Source: Bigelowiella natans CCMP2755 | Taxonomy: Eukaryota > Protista > Cercozoa | Length of the DNA stretch: 61,187 nucleotides | NCBI GenBank assembly: GCA_000320545.1 | Contig: ADNK01003228.1 | Location: 1-61,187 of the forward strand | Direction of reading: 5' to 3' | Part shown: piece by piece, positions 25,746 through 40,686 of the stretch | Position numbering within the stretch: position 1 is the first letter of the stretch | Layout: every line of letters starts with the position of its first letter | Notes under the pieces: model-generated | Database searches by the model: none | What the model was told of the DNA's origin: nothing | What the model saw: only the letters and a program-made list of their open reading frames with translations | Translations under genes and position numbers: made by a program

Positions 25746-26461
25746 TGCCGTACCCTCAACAACTGTGTGTTTGAGGCATGTAAGAAGTAACAACGTTTAG
25801 GTACGTTCCTTGGAGTAGGATGCACTGACATATATCCTTTTATAATGCATATGACTAGAAGCATATTTTCTACATCTTAGCAATTTGCGATGGACAATTG
25901 CTAAAGCCGTCGAACATGTACATGTAAATTTGCTATGGATGCACACATTCTAGATCACCGTACTAGCATATTATGCCCACATCTAGACATGCCTAGATGC
26001 GCGTACGTACATGTACGCACATGACGGCAAATTAATGCAATGTAGCTTTGGGCCTGCATAGCAGCGCGATGCTACACCGCCGAACAAAGGCAGCTGGACT
26101 TGTCTCGCTCTTGAGCTGTACACGCTGCCCCGGGATGCTAGCGGGATGCACAGTGCACTACAGCAATTGAATGAATCGGGTCGCATTTTTGCATCACCAT
26201 GCAACAACACTAGATCTTGCAGACCAGCCTAGCAGCGCTGTCTAATAAGTAGCGGTTTTAGCGTTTTAGCACGTACAGGCATGGTGCACGATGCAGGCGC
26301 CAGTGGATGTCATACTAATTCATCACACGTACATGCTGCTGATACGGAGACAAGGTAACATGTAGACATTATCGAAGCCTTACTGAGCACATTTGACATA
26401 AATTTTTTCATCAGCTATCGATTTGCGAGAGTTTTCAGTAATCTCAAGACGCAATATAGAC

Positions 26462-29400
26462 CTAGGAATAAGCTCTGCGAGCGACATCACTTTCGAAGAG
26501 TTTTGAACGGGCCTGCTCCCAGGTTTCTTCGCCACCTCTGCCTGAGCTACCCACCTTCTTCGGCATCTTTACTTGGGAAGAATCGAGTATCTCCTTCTTC
26601 TTGTAGTAATGCGGTGCGATTTCAACCAGCCATTTTGGGTCTATTTCTATAACCTGTCGCATGTACTCCTTGTTCGTCAACACAAGCTCAAAGTAGATAA
26701 GCCATCGTTTGACCTCCTTATGGAGACATGAAGAAGGGTGAATCAGCACAGAGAGATTATGCTTCACCGTTTTATAGGATCCTTCAGAAGCTAACCTGGC
26801 TGTGTTATAGAAGAAACCTGAGGTTATGGCCTTTCGTACTTTAGCGTGGTCATCCGTGGATTTTATATCAACCTCGACCCGATCCATCATCCCTTCTATC
26901 TGCTCTCTCACGTCTCGAGCTCGCTTCATGGTTCTCGCCTGTAAGAAGTTTTGATAGCACCATTCCACAGAATAATTAGACTCCACCCACTGGTTGTAGA
27001 CATTGAGGAGCGTCAAATGATCGCCACCAGGTTTCCAGAAGTTCTTGTGGGCGTTGTCTGCGTGCACAGCCTTGTCTTTCGGTCGGTAGAAGATGGCATT
27101 TCCGGCGCTCAGCATAGCACATATCGTCAGGCATTCCTCGGAGCATTCGTAAGTCTCCGATTGAATAAGCATCTTGGACAGCATTGGGTCCAATGGCAAC
27201 TCAGCCATTCGCCTTCCTAATTTCGTGAGCTCTCCTCGATCGTTCAGTGACCCCAGGGCGTACAGCAGCTCCAAGGCACGTACCAATGTCTCCGCAGGAG
27301 GGGGGTCAAGGAAGTCGAAGTGGATGAGGTCGTTGATCCCGAGCGATTTCAGCATCAGCACCACATTACCTAGATTTGTTCGTTGAATCTCGGGAATCTG
27401 ATCCTCCTCCAGCTCGTGCATGAACGCATGGGCAGTGTAAAGTCTAAAGCATTTTCCTGCTGCAACACGACCGGCTCTGCCGGCCCTTTGCTGTGCAGAC
27501 GCACGAGAAACTGGTGTGACGATTAGAGCTTCCATTCCTGATCGAGGATTGTAGCTCTTTTGCTTACAAAAGCCTGGGTCGATGACGTAAATGACTCCAT
27601 TAATTGTCAGGGAGGTCTCTGCAATGTTTGTTGCCAACACAACCTTGCGGGCCCCAGGTGGGGTAGGTTCAAATATCTTAGCTTGCATATCAGAAGGAAG
27701 CGTGGAGTAGATAGGCAAGATCAGCAACTCGTTGATCTTGGTCCCAAGCCCACGGACGCGGCGCTCTAGGTTCTCCTGTGCGGCCTCAATTTCTTCTTGT
27801 CCTGTAAGGAATACAAGGATGTCACCCAGGGGCTGCGTGACGTGAATCTGCAGCACGGTTACGATCGACGCATCGATGTAATCGGCTTCAGGAGCTTTCG
27901 TGTAGAAGATATCAACGGGATACTTGCGACCAGGGATCTTGAACACTGGAGCTTCGTCGAAGTAATTTGAGAACTTAGTAGCGTTGAGCGTTGCAGAGGA
28001 TATCAAGATCTTGATGTCCTCTCGAAAACGGGCAATGTCCTTTATCAACCCAAAGAGGACATCCGTGTGTAGGGTGCGTTCATGGGCCTCATCGATCATC
28101 ATGACGGAGTATGATTTGAGGTCTGGCTCTCCTAGAAACTCCCGCAACAACATCCCATCCGTCATGTACTTCACCTTGGTGCTGTCACTTGTGCAGTCTT
28201 CGAACCGGATCGAGTAACCCACTGTGTGGCCTAGCTTCGATCCCATCTCGTCAGCCACACGTGCTGCGACGCTCATAGCTGCAACTCGTCTAGGTTGCGT
28301 GCATCCTATGATCCCTTTTTTGTGATAACCCGCTTCATACAAGTATTGAGGCACTTGCGTTGTTTTTCCTGCGCCAGTCTCTGCCTCGATAATCAAGACT
28401 TGGTATTGAGCAACGGCGTCCAAAAGCTGTTTACGGTAAGGAAATATGGGCAGGGACTCGCGCACCTTCTTCATCTTCTCGCGCTCTGAAAGCTTCGGGT
28501 CGATCTCTTCCATGGGTTGTTTCGATTTTTTGGATTTCTTCTTCTTCTTCGTCATCGTAGCTTGAATGAAGTCAATCTGATCCTCAAAGACGTACTCATA
28601 CTTGTCCTGTTTCTTCCGGTCTCTCGCCCCGAATTTAGCAGTTGCTTTTTTCACTTGATGGTCCTCCCAAGCCTCTTGCTCAGTCGGTCCTTGCACTTCT
28701 TCAACATACCGTGCATTTAGCGCTGCCTCGCGTTTCTCCTTGTCAATTGTTCCATCGTCCTTGACGTATGCCTCGGGCATCGCATAGCCATCAACATGGT
28801 CCGAGAGATTTACTCTTTTCTCAGCCATTTCCAACATTTTCTTCATTGCTTGATGTCGGGCTTGCTCTCTCTTTGTGAGCTTCTCGCTCTTGAAGAGGTA
28901 CTCTTCGTCGCGGACAACTCGCTTTATAAGCTCTAGTTGCTCCTTTTCTCGCTTAGTCAAGTAGGTTTGACGTGAAATTTTCCTAAGCTGAGGAAGCATG
29001 TCTTCCATGTCACCACCGTCGAGAATATCCTTGCGTTTTCGAGATTCGGCGGTCTCTGTTCTATTCTTTGTCTTGTCTTCGTCTCTCTTCCTTACCCGTT
29101 CTGCGTATTCATCTCTTTCTCTTAAATCCCTTTCTCTCGCAACATCATCATCCTCTTTGACGTCTTTGCCATCGTCAGTAGCATCTAGTTTCGCGGCATC
29201 TTTGCTTGATACTGGTGGCTCGTCTTCAGAAGAGTCATCATCATAAGCTACCTTTGTTTCGCGTAGCTGCCGTTTCTTTTTGGAGGGTTTTTTTATTTTA
29301 TTCTTTTTTTTTCGTTTACGAGTTGCGATGACTGCCTCTTCGTCGTCATCGTCATCATCCAGAAGAGCGTAGGCTGCATTATTCCTCAGGAGCGCTCTCT

Positions 29401-29662
29401 TTTTCGCCTCTTCTTTTTGGTACGCACGCGAGGACGAACCGGATGAACGTTGTTGCTTTCGCGGTGCTCTTGAGAATAACTCGGAAACAAAGTTTCGTGT
29501 CTTATCATTGATGGTGATTTCCATCTTTTGCAGCTGTTTTATAACTCCTTGTTGGCTGGAGGCTTTGCTTGCCATTGCGATGAGATAATCCGCTGTGGTC
29601 CCATCGGAGAACCCCATAAGGTCATGCAGACCATCGCTCACCCAACGTTTCAAATTGCTCAT
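26462..29662 (-). CDS. DHX16: Pre-mRNA splicing DEAH-box RNA helicase DHX16/Prp2 (Cdc28/ESP3-like), single exon, 1066 aa
   Basis: PWI-like N-terminus ([14 protein letters not shown]), [62 protein letters not shown] and EIAPHYY. Confidence 0.95.
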   Translation of the reverse strand: MSNLKRWVSDGLHDLMGFSDGTTADYLIAMASKASSQQGVIKQLQKMEITINDKTRNFVSELFSRAPRKQQRSSGSSSRAYQKEEAKKRALLRNNAAYALLDDDDDDEEAVIATRKRKKKNKIKKPSKKKRQLRETKVAYDDDSSEDEPPVSSKDAAKLDATDDGKDVKEDDDVARERDLRERDEYAERVRKRDEDKTKNRTETAESRKRKDILDGGDMEDMLPQLRKISRQTYLTKREKEQLELIKRVVRDEEYLFKSEKLTKREQARHQAMKKMLEMAEKRVNLSDHVDGYAMPEAYVKDDGTIDKEKREAALNARYVEEVQGPTEQEAWEDHQVKKATAKFGARDRKKQDKYEYVFEDQIDFIQATMTKKKKKSKKSKQPMEEIDPKLSEREKMKKVRESLPIFPYRKQLLDAVAQYQVLIIEAETGAGKTTQVPQYLYEAGYHKKGIIGCTQPRRVAAMSVAARVADEMGSKLGHTVGYSIRFEDCTSDSTKVKYMTDGMLLREFLGEPDLKSYSVMMIDEAHERTLHTDVLFGLIKDIARFREDIKILISSATLNATKFSNYFDEAPVFKIPGRKYPVDIFYTKAPEADYIDASIVTVLQIHVTQPLGDILVFLTGQEEIEAAQENLERRVRGLGTKINELLILPIYSTLPSDMQAKIFEPTPPGARKVVLATNIAETSLTINGVIYVIDPGFCKQKSYNPRSGMEALIVTPVSRASAQQRAGRAGRVAAGKCFRLYTAHAFMHELEEDQIPEIQRTNLGNVVLMLKSLGINDLIHFDFLDPPPAETLVRALELLYALGSLNDRGELTKLGRRMAELPLDPMLSKMLIQSETYECSEECLTICAMLSAGNAIFYRPKDKAVHADNAHKNFWKPGGDHLTLLNVYNQWVESNYSVEWCYQNFLQARTMKRARDVREQIEGMMDRVEVDIKSTDDHAKVRKAITSGFFYNTARLASEGSYKTVKHNLSVLIHPSSCLHKEVKRWLIYFELVLTNKEYMRQVIEIDPKWLVEIAPHYYKKKEILDSSQVKMPKKVGSSGRGGEETWEQARSKLFESDVARRAYS

Positions 29663-30315
29663 CCTCCTAAGAAATGGGAAAGATGAGATTCACCTATCTT
29701 CAATATAAGGATGGCACTAGCGTAGTAAAAATAGCGCGACTCTCGTACACGAATATTGCGCACTCGCTACAGCATTATCAACTCCAAGGAGTGCATTTCA
29801 CAAATTCTGGTGCAGCGGGCGCAATGCTATACCTGGTCTATGGCCTTTGTACTCAGGAGAGTTAGCACCTTTGTTCACTGGAATGTATTGTCTTTAAGGT
29901 TGCTTCCTCGGGTGGCTGGCTATCCCTGCGGAGGGGGATGAGCTGCCGCTTTTTTTTCCAAGTGCAAAATTCTAAAAGAGGCCACACATTTCCGCAATAT
30001 CCAAGAATAAATACCATGAATAGAAGATATATTATATATACGACATGCTTATATGGAAGGCGTAATATCGCAACTCAAGAGAATATGGCCGACGAAGTTC
30101 AGTTCTATTCTGAATCGTGCTCGGGCCGAAGAAGTTAAGTTAGTATCAAGGATCCTTGGCTCCAAGTCGTCGAAGTGACATGGGGTTTTACGAAATAAAT
30201 ACGCGAAAAAGTTCTGTCGTAGATAAAATACCGGAGGAATTATACCGACCATAAATATCGCAATGCACACTCAAATCTCTGGTTGCCCAAATCGCACTGA
30301 CAACAGCAGCCCACA

Positions 30316-31730
30316 ATGTCCTCTACCCGCCCCGTCCGCAGGTGTTGCATCTTAGGGTGGCCGTATGACTTCGATTTGACCTCATAATATGAATTGGTTC
30401 CCTTTATAGTATCAAGATTTTGGAGAACATGCTTGAAACCTCCGCTGCGTACGACATCTTTGGCCGCACCCTGCAATTTGGTCCTCTAAACAGTCAACGG
30501 AAAAAAGGATGGAAATTTAACTAAGGCTGTATGTGTTTCGTCGATAATCGATAGGATGCGAATTGCTACTCGCCACACTCTACAAGGTGCAATACTTTCC
30601 ACTGATGTTGTCACTTAAGCCACACCCAATTCCTTTTTCCTTGTTGAAGGGGGTAAAGAACTCGTCTACTATCACGCTGCGAAAGCTCGAATCTTCAATG
30701 GGAACGGCGAGAAGTGTATTATTTTTGGGGCAGTTCGTTGGAGTTCTGAGAAAAATGAACTTTAATCCCAAAACCTGGGCAGAAATCTGTCAGGTAGGGT
30801 TATATTATTTAGACACCTACTACTTCATGACTTATGGAAATACGTGATAACACACTAGACCACGTCGCACGGAAGCTTGGCCCTATTCTTCATCGTAGAA
30901 AATATGTAAATTTACCAACGTATTGGTGTGTAGATTGGTTATTTGATCTATTACTCCCGTTTGCCAACTAGATTGTTTGCTGGAAGATACGGATTGATAA
31001 GCTTACGCGAAGATCAAAGAAAGCTATTGTCAATGTACCTATTCATTAAAAATCAATTGTATTCCATAAGAAGTAATTTATCACATGGTTTTTATTTATT
31101 GGAAGACTGTCTACCTTCTTCTGGATGTTCGAGGTATTATCAACGCAGCCCGTGTCCTTTACCGATGAATTTTAATTTTAATATCTGACTTTTGCAGGCT
31201 TTGCCGTCCATTCCTAAATATGCTATACTTCTCAAAAAAAAGGTTTGGTATGGTTCAGTGTTTTTAGTTGCCACAATTTCCCCTATTTTAACCAAAATAC
31301 TTTCAACAGGGAAAGCGTGCCGATGAACTCAAGGAACATCGGTAGGAAATTTAAGAAGGGCTTCCCTTTCTTCTGTTATTTTAATATTCATCTTGCATAG
31401 GATATCATTCGTTTCGGCATTTCTCGATTCATTGACAGCGTCTCATTTTCTTGGCCTGAAGGTTGATTCGTGCTACGCGCTAATCCCTTTAAAATTTGAC
31501 ATACGGTAATTTGATTTTTCGCTGACGCGTTCCGATGCCCTGTTTTACCACAAATATGGAAGCCTGGAATTTCTGACCCGGTGGCTAATCTATTCGGAGT
31601 ACTTACATCGCTTATCTATCTACGAAGTGCTTACCGAAGAGCAAAGGAGAATGTGATGGCTATCGAAGATATGGAAACCTCAAGTGACAAAGCTGGCGCG
31701 AGTTCGATGGAGGCCAAAAAAAACGACTGA
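30316..31730 (+). CDS. PEX11: Peroxisomal membrane protein PEX11 family, multi-exon
   Basis: Exons give LENMLETSAAYDIFGRTLQFG, KLESSMGTARSVLFLGQFVGVL (amphipathic helix), YYLDTYYF, LFAGRYGLIS, STFFWMFE and FVSAFLDSLTASHFL...LFGVLTSLIYL, the PEX11 motif order. Confidence 0.72.
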
Positions 31731-32785
31731 TGGCTATTGCTGCCACGTTGTTGTAGTGGCGCGTACAATAGCATATGAGAATCATAAAACGTAGATATGG
31801 TTGTTTCAGGCGTGCATGGGTAGATACATAGAACATGTTGAAACTGTATATTGAAGAGAACGTTTCTGAGTCAGTGTTTCCGAGAAAGTGATGTAAATTG
31901 AAGCTCACCCTGAATCCAGTGCCCTCAGAAAGAACACCAGGATCTATCCGAGAAAAAAAATATGTATAAATTCGTCGGTTTGCGAAGAGCGATACACATA
32001 CCTATATACTGCAGTACCAAGCACTCCTTTTTTGTTAGATTATGCAATAAGTGCATGATGTATATTGAAATATAGTTTTATGTGTACATATTTACTTATT
32101 TTGTGTCTATATACATGTGCATACGTGTGTTTGTATGTGTATGTAAGATGTATGAATTGTGTGTTGTTGTTGCAATAATAGATTTGCCAAGCATAGTGTG
32201 CAGTCGGTGACGAACATCTCTGCTCTAGTGCTAGATATTTAGCATTGCGCTGCAGCAATGGCTTGCGCATGGCACGGTCGCTGGGAAGGTTTATTTATAG
32301 ACGCATCTAGACATCTAGGACATGTCGGCATGCTAGCATGTCTAGATCTAGAGATGTGAATCGTCCCGATGCATCGCGAGCCTTGTTGGCGCGTATATAC
32401 GTGTCGTGGAAGCTCGCACAATGCTAGAATGCTAGAATCGAATGTATGCGACAGTCAGCCGTCATATCGAAGCGAGCTATCATGCTAGCATGTACAGCAA
32501 TGATTCGTCGTCTCCTAGTCTCTGCTACACACGTCATTATTGCCTTCGATCATGCTTTCTAGCTTTATGCATCATCATTGCAACAATTGTTGCAATCCAG
32601 CTGCCTTGCACAGCCTCTGCTATCGCAGTAATTTGTTCCGGCATGCGTATATGCCGCATACTGCATACATAAAAATGCATGCGTAGATTCCACTATGAGA
32701 CCAAGACTTTCATTGCGTGTAGCACAATCTAGCAATGTCTTTAAATTTTATGCAATTCATTAAAAATGTATTAGCAGATGATTCA

Positions 32786-33910
32786 TCATCCTCGACGGTT
32801 ATCTTTTGTATCATTACTGATATCTCCTTCTTCATGGCGCTTGCGGAAAGCATCTATATCTGTAGTGCGCTGGAAATATGTAAACATGAAACTAATCAAT
32901 CAGAATGCACGAAATTGCAAGAAAATGAAGAAACCTTTTTCTTCGAGGCATCCCGTCTGTTTGGATTTATGCGTGCACTTTCTGATTCAGTTGGGCCGTA
33001 CACTGCGACCCAAGTTCTTCCATAGGATCGATCACGAAATTTCTCTAAAACACCTCCCAATGCCTGGATACACCCATTTATTAGCTTAGCTTTCTAGATA
33101 ACTTCGATGATTCACTACGGTGAGAAGACTGCGACACCACACAATTGAAATATACATGGACACATCGGAGTTATGATGCGAGATATTAAAGCGACGCAAA
33201 CGAGCATATCGCGCACATTACAACCGTGTTTAATTGGTCCGGAATTTGGTATTTGAACTCAATCGGGTATTCCACAACGATGAAGGTCTTCTCATTCACC
33301 TTATTTGACAATGAAACAAAAATATATGTATCATATCATAAGGATCAAAAGTAACGATCATACTTGCCGTTTCTCGACGATGTTAATTCCAAAAAGTGTG
33401 AATAATAACTGTGTCTTGCGCTGCAACTAATGCTGTCACTACGACGATGACACTATATTATTGCTACTGCTACCAAGGGGCTTCTTGAAAGTAAATCGAA
33501 CAACTCGGGATATGATACCAACTAATAACACATTAAATTGAACCCACGCTAAGTCTTTCATTCAAACGTCAAGTAATAATTCAAGCAAAATTGTGAAAGC
33601 ACAATGCTCTCAGTTGTTATTATTTTTGTAGGAAAATAACGGTGTTGTGATCATATCAACTGTTGTAACCTGGTATGGAGGACATACGCTGATGAAATCG
33701 AACGGTTTGCCTTGCAATTGTTATTATGAAGCACATTGACGGTCATCACATCATAATATAAGAAGATCAAAACGGTGATAATATTTCGACAAAACATGTA
33801 TTTAATATATTATGATAACAGCGCTTAGCCCAGCGAAGGTATTATCTATAAATAACCACTCCCATTAAGTTTGTAATGTATTATTAGTTCCATGTACATT
33901 AGTTTTGATG

Positions 33911-33941
<31 letters not shown>

Positions 33942-36900
33942 AAGTAGTAGTATTTGTTGTTGTACCTGCGTAATATGGGTAATCGATTGACCGTTTGAGG
34001 TAGTCTTCTGCTTTCATATTTAGGATCTGACACCATTCACAACAAAGATAGGTTCAACAACTCCTCATAGGTAGAATATGTCGATAGTTTGTCGCCATCT
34101 AACTCGAGGCATCAGAAGAAGCAGAAGCATTTTTTCCACGCCTTGTTAAATGGGAGAACATTGTCATATTTCCTTTGACATGTTATCTAGCTGTCGATAT
34201 CCAAGTATATTTCGTCACTACCTGCGCCTTGTCGAGAAATCCACACGTGTGAAGATTTACCTAACACAAAATCACAAACCGAAGACAAGCATTCGATTGT
34301 TAACTGACAATTTTAGTTAAAATATACTTTACAAGCTCTAATTAATATTAAAAATGGATGGCCTGTATTTGTACGATCAATTACGTTTCTACATGTGTGT
34401 ATAAGTGTACATATGCACACAGAAACCAGTACACCGATGACAAAAGTAGCTATTCCCACTCAAGATAACTTATTCACAAACTTCCGTCCATCTTCTCCCA
34501 TCAAAATTTTATATTAGCACCTTTAGCACGTTCTTGGAAACCCATCGATCAAGCTCCACAAAGGTCGTAGATTCAGCACCCCTTTAATCAAAACGCCATC
34601 TTCAACAATGGTAAACATGTATGATGCTTCGCTATTCATGATATACGTATTCCATCGATGCAAGCACATGATTAGGATAACTTTCCTCAAAATTGAGTCA
34701 ACAACACCTTGAAAGAGCTTCAATGCCTACGCTGCCAGTACCGCCAAACATATCTAGCCACCGCGCACCCCCTGGAAGCATCCCCCCACCTCCAAATCGG
34801 GCTGACAGTAGATTGAACACAGCAGCTCGCACCTACGTTATTTAAATACTGCAGTGAAGAAAGAATGCTGAAGAATGATGACAGGGATAGGGTTCGATTT
34901 TATGATGAGTTGGACTTACAAAAGGTTGAATTTGGTATCTTCATCAACCAAAAAAACACTGAATTTTCATCGCGTCTCTCCCCTTCTCTTCCCCCTTCTA
35001 TGAGTTTGATCTAACTCGGAGAATTGATTATACAAATGACAGCAACAGCACCTTCTCCATCATTGGCCGGACATTTGCGTCCTTGGGGGAAACAAGAAGC
35101 TTGCGCGCTTTCGTACTACCACAGAAGAATAGGAGAAGAATCAGGAGATTGAACAGAAGCAGCATGAAGTAACAGTACCCTGCGACGATTCGTAAGCGCA
35201 TGTGGGTTTGCCGATTTTGGGGGTTGGCACGGACTTTAGCCGCTGCTTCTCCTGCAAAAATACAAACGATAGGATAGCCAGGAATAGATGACTTCAGAAC
35301 CCTTCAAGTCAACATAAGAATTGTTTAATTTAAAGAAAGTACATTATCAAATATTAAGTCGACCTAGGTAACTCATTTACAAAACCGTGTCTCAATTCCA
35401 TTTTAACTGTCAAACTTCATTTTTTTGAATCTCGCTCGTAGTATGGTACATCTTGGTTAATTATAACCTGTTGCCGCCTCCATAATCCTTTCAGCACGTT
35501 TAGATCCTAGAAATGATGTGTTACGAAAGATGTAGAAAGTGATCATAAGAGACACGGAGGAAATGCAGAAGATGACGAAAGAATCTATAGGAAAAGGTGC
35601 AAGATATAACTAACGAATTCCGCATGTTTCATTTGAATACTCCTCTTCTTATGCAGGAAACTTACTCAGGTGTACCTTTGCGTTTGCTAAGATTGATCTT
35701 GTCTGCTTGTCGCTGGGCCTATAATAATGATGTTCATATGAGTCACTTGAAATATAGTATTATGACCAATATTGTCATTATATGTCTTGCTGCTGTATCT
35801 TCTGACTTAGTAGCTGCATAGCGATATGTGACCACACTGTCACCCAACACCACCCTATTACTATTAGTACCAAAGATACATATTTTGTTGGTAGATTTAC
35901 TTTCTGTAGAGCTTTAATGGCAGAGGATGGTAGAGCAAGGTTGGAGATGGCTTCCACGTGCTCCTCATCACCTCTCATTTCCTATTAAGACAACCAATCA
36001 ACTCAACACCCTTATCTTAGATATCTGACCAGTTGATAGAAGCATGCACAGTCTAATATCATTATATACTTTAGAATCATCATCCTTTCCAGGTCTGCTG
36101 TCTTTTGAGGAAGTCTTGCTTTCCAGAGCTTGTTCCGAAAAATCGAACCCAAAGTCCTCCAAGTCGAAGGATAGTAGATCGTCGGATATCACATCTCCAT
36201 CGCCCTAAATGATACATTTGGTTTCTTTTACATCTAGGAAAAAGGATAGATCTGTTCACGATAATGGAGGGTATGCACATACTAACCGTTATCTTATCAA
36301 AATCTTCCAAACTTAATTGTTCGTTTGCAAATGGATCGTCGTCCTCCTCGTCAATAAGCGCACCGCTCACGGATATCCCTGATAATAGATTTATGCGAGT
36401 AAAAGGTAGAACAAAGTTATCTGGTAGCTTAACAACCTCCACCCTCAACGAGGCTTTTGGACCATTCCGGAGGCTCCTCAAAATCGTCTCTTTCATCGTC
36501 CATTGGAGGTAGTTCTTTAGACTGGGATGAGAAGGAAAATATTTGAATATGCGGCGAGTCTAGGTCTCATAAATAAAAAAAAGGAGGGAAAACGTTAAAT
36601 TTAATTAAAACCAACTAATGTACCTCGTCCCAGAGCACACTAATATCGATATCCTCTTCAAACTGGCCTCTAACAAAAGTTTCAGCCATTATCATAGAAA
36701 TATAACAGGTAAATGAAAGTAGTACTGTTTCGAAAATGCTCTTTTGATCGCTGCAGGGTCTTGATTCTTTCGACGAAGGCCCAATTCCCCGAATCCAAAT
36801 TGTCTACTTCTTAGTGTGGGAGTAGGGTACCTCGACCTTTGTGAAAAGCCGGCACAACCACTCCTACGAAGCAAGCTAGGGCTACTTCCCAGAGCCAAGA

Positions 36901-36958
36901 TGTGTGAGAGTAAAAGAATGGTCATGGTCAAAAATGAAGTCATGAAGTTGGCCGGCAT
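32786..36958 (-). CDS. rsmD: Plastid-type 16S rRNA m2G966 methyltransferase RsmD with a long N-terminal extension, multi-exon
   Basis: THMRLRIVAG-TKARKLLVSPKDANVRPMMEK-VRAAVFNLL...RWLDMFGGTGSVGIEALSR, CPPY and YGRTWVAVYGP. The N-terminus MPANFMTSFLTMTILLLSHILALG followed by an S/R-rich stretch resembles a bipartite leader. Confidence 0.88.
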
Positions 36959-37537
36959 TCCTGATTCTGCCAGTGATCTTCTTTTTCTGGTCTCGGAGGT
37001 CAGGTCCGAGCTAGTTCAGGTTCCATTCAGAAGGTGCCACCACCGTCCATATTGGAAGAAATCCTTTGCAATTCGGTCCTGCGACATGCTTTCCATGATG
37101 ACGTTTGATGTATTTCAAACACACGCGAGCATATTAAGTATGCGCCAACCCTTTGGACTTGTCGCATATTCAAAATTGACTTGAATTCCAATCATACAAC
37201 TTTTTTGAGCTGCCAGCCGGATGTTCATCGCACATACTTCGTAGCAAGTGGTCGGTCGTTCGGTCATTCAACTCTTATCAAGAACGTGAGCCGGTCGGTG
37301 ATTTTCTATCGACAAATGTATGGCATTACCGCATGTGCGACTTGATCATTGACTCAAAACCCACATCGAGCGAAAAGCTTCCGACAAGAACGTTGAGAGA
37401 AATCTCGAGAAATCGAGACTTTGTCGCCAGGGTACATGTAAATTGACAAGCGGATGACAGACGTTAAGTTCGTGCGTGGTGCCCTGGAACTGCGGAAAGA
37501 AAAATATCCCGTTAGAAATTTCTTGTCAGAATTACAA

Positions 37538-40500
37538 ATGTTACTCTTTTTTCTCTGCGTTGGCATCGTTGCCCCATCCTTCGTGCCGTTTGAAAGAGGG
37601 GATGGTACCTCATTCCTTGTGGATTCGGAGGAAGTGGTCGTTCTACTTCGTTCATTTACTTACTTGTAAAATGATCCATTAGTTTTTTTGTGATTCTCTC
37701 TGCACGCAAACATTCGTAGGTGGTAACAACTCTCGTTGCTGGTCGAAGTAACGGGTTCACTGCGGATGGTCTGCCAAGAGAAGCATCAGGTAGTTATGCT
37801 GACACAGTCGAAGAAAACGGCCTCTTTCTTTACTCTCTACAAAATGTGCAGTTGAGGATGTTGTTGGCCTCGCGTACCAGCAGGAGAAAAGAGAGTTATA
37901 TTTCACGCAGAGAAACGTAAGTGCCATCGTATCCTGCCTCACTATGTCGTCACCACTTTTGTTAAATTTGAGAGCACTTATTGTTGTTGCAACAAAAAAG
38001 AACCTGCTGAGAAAGGTCGATGTCGGAACCGGGTTCACTACTACGATTGCAGGGGTATTGATTATTAATCAGGGAAATTGAAATGCAATCTACCTTTTCT
38101 GAGATTATTACGAGGTTGAGTCATGCTTTTAGTTTTTTCTTCACGCTCATTTTTTTTATCATCTCCTTTTATTCTCCCCGTGATCATTAGAGAGAAGATT
38201 CTGCTGGTCTCGTGGATGGAGTTGGGCCAGTTGTGAGGTGAGCTATTGATTCTACGTTAGTTACCACGTTTGAAACAAAAAGGCATGTAATTTTGCTCGC
38301 GTACCTAATTTGTTCGATGAGTCATCGTCTTCCTCATCATTCTAATCAATTTCTGCCAGGTTCTCCCAACCACGGGAACTTGACTGGATAACTGCAGCTG
38401 AAGACGTTCTCTACATTTGTGATCAGGTCTCCTGCCCCTGAGTGATTGATCGATTAATCGAGAATACATTTGCAGGCATAGACTATTACAATTGAACAAG
38501 TGCCATGCACAAATTAGCCTCTGCATTACATCTCCACCTCCTACTCTTTTCCTTCTTTTCTTCGCCGTACCTTCTATTGACTTTGTTTTGATTGTTTTGC
38601 TTTAAATTAGTTAAATGGGGTGATACGCAGGGCAAATATCTCGAACGGAAACGCGACGGTCCTTATATACCTTTCCCCCTGATCTCTTCATTGCACTCCC
38701 GTTACAAGAAAATACCTCTTGGCGCAAACTTAAATTTTGTCGCAGAGTTGGTCAATCACTTGATTGTGTTTCTTCAACATTGTAATTGTTCGTCTTGATT
38801 CCCATACCATGCAAGGTGACAACACTCGGAGACCCAGGGATATCTGGCTCGGTCGATGGGCTGCTTCAGAACTCAGGATTTTTGGTAGTAGTAGGAAAAT
38901 GCATGATGAGAGAGCGGGGGATATCCATATGATACAACAGTGAAAATGGGGATGTCCCAACTGAGGACAGCAGACAATAAATTCACAGAAAATGAAACAT
39001 CTACTATTTTCGAAGCTATGTTGGTGGAAGTTGCATTGTTGATATCATGATCCGTCACCACCATTATTCAGTTGCCTATTGGGATAAACATTGATACCGA
39101 GGGGCAGTTCGCGTATGTGTACCAGCTAAATCGTGTTAGGAGGATCGACATCCCGGCAGAAGAGGTAGCGAGATCTTACAGCTGCTACAGCATCCTTACA
39201 TCACTTTTCTTTCAGCGTAATAAGCATAGCCAATAGATCTCTTGACAATCCAGGTGATCACGTTAGTTGGGGGGGGGCGGAGGGAGCGACCAGGATCAAG
39301 TATTCATCGATGGCATTGGCGTGGGTGTCGTCCTTGGAGTTGGTCTTGGAAGCGATCTTTTCAATAATACGCAGTTGTTTCTAACGGGTCAAGACGTTGA
39401 AATTCGCACGGTTGACGTTCGGACTCGTAGCAGCGACACCATATTTTCGACTATGTACGAAAATCCCTTGTTTCTTCCTTTCCGCCGTTTCATGCTATCT
39501 CATCATCATTGTTATTCGGTGTAAAAGAGGAGCAGGGTACATTGGGATCAAGGCCATAAGCACCAGAAATGACGCCAATCCGGACATGCTAATCGTGTCA
39601 GATCTGGTTTGAATGAACTGCTGTGAACATCATGCTTGATGGATTGATTGATAGATATAAACGCTGCTAGCCATACATGCCTAATTGAGGCCAAAGAAAA
39701 ATTGACAAACTATCATTATTCGAATATGTGCTGTGAATGATCTACAGTCTGGGTTCGTGCTATTGCTCAACATAAGCAATCCTGGCAACGTTACACACGA
39801 CATCATCGGTAGACCTGGGGGGGGGACACAGAGCGTGGACGGCACCGCTTCAGGCGCGGTCTTCCTCCAGCCAGGGGTGGTGTTCTTCGCGAGCGTATGC
39901 ATAGCTTGGAGAGTTGCGTGCTGAATGCTACTTTCATATTGCTATTCTTCCGATGCATGAAGAAACCCTTATCGTGTAGGCGGTACTGTAAGTTCTGTTT
40001 TGGTTATAGATTCTGAGTGCCGGAAATGGGTCGCTATTCATCGCCGAAGTACGTCATTATTATGGCGGATGTCTTGTTCATATTCGATTACCTGAGGGGT
40101 GCGATGGAAATTTGAATTGTGTTTTTTTGATGTGAGCTATGCGGTCTGCAAGAGTTGTTTTTGTCGATATTCTCTGACCATGATTCTCTCTCAACCCCTC
40201 ATTCTCTCCTATGGAATCCGTAGAATCGTGCAATCCGCCTGATGCGACCCTTGGGGACAATGGAAACGTTATCTCCGACAGCATTAGAAACACTTTCCCC
40301 ATCATCAACGCCAACGATAGCTATACCAACCATGTCGCCGCAGACCGCGTCACCTATAACCGCAGCACCGGTCCTAGCCCAAGTGCGTGGATTTCAGGTC
40401 CTCCCTCGCGGTGGGTTGTTGCTACAGGAAGACTTTCCAGAGTGGGCGGCAATGATCGACGTCACAGGGGAGGGTACACGGTTCTTTGTTGTCCAAAACC

Positions 40501-40614
40501 TGCTGCCAGATACCCAAACTCTGGTAATAGCGTGCATAGTTTGCAATGCCATTAGAATCTTGATGGTTTCGATCTCTCTTTCATTTTAAGCAATAATTGT
40601 AGTACGTGAACCAG

Positions 40615-40686
<72 letters not shown>

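Noticed and set aside
29990-30310. Protein-like reading frames upstream of PEX11
   Set aside because: They are interrupted by stops with no family motif, and are better explained as the DHX16/PEX11 bidirectional promoter region.
30794-30812. Possible 19-nt nucleomorph-style mini-intron (gtagggttatattatttag) in PEX11
   Set aside because: Removing it leads to a premature stop, while reading through gives the PEX11-like VGLYYLDTYYF.
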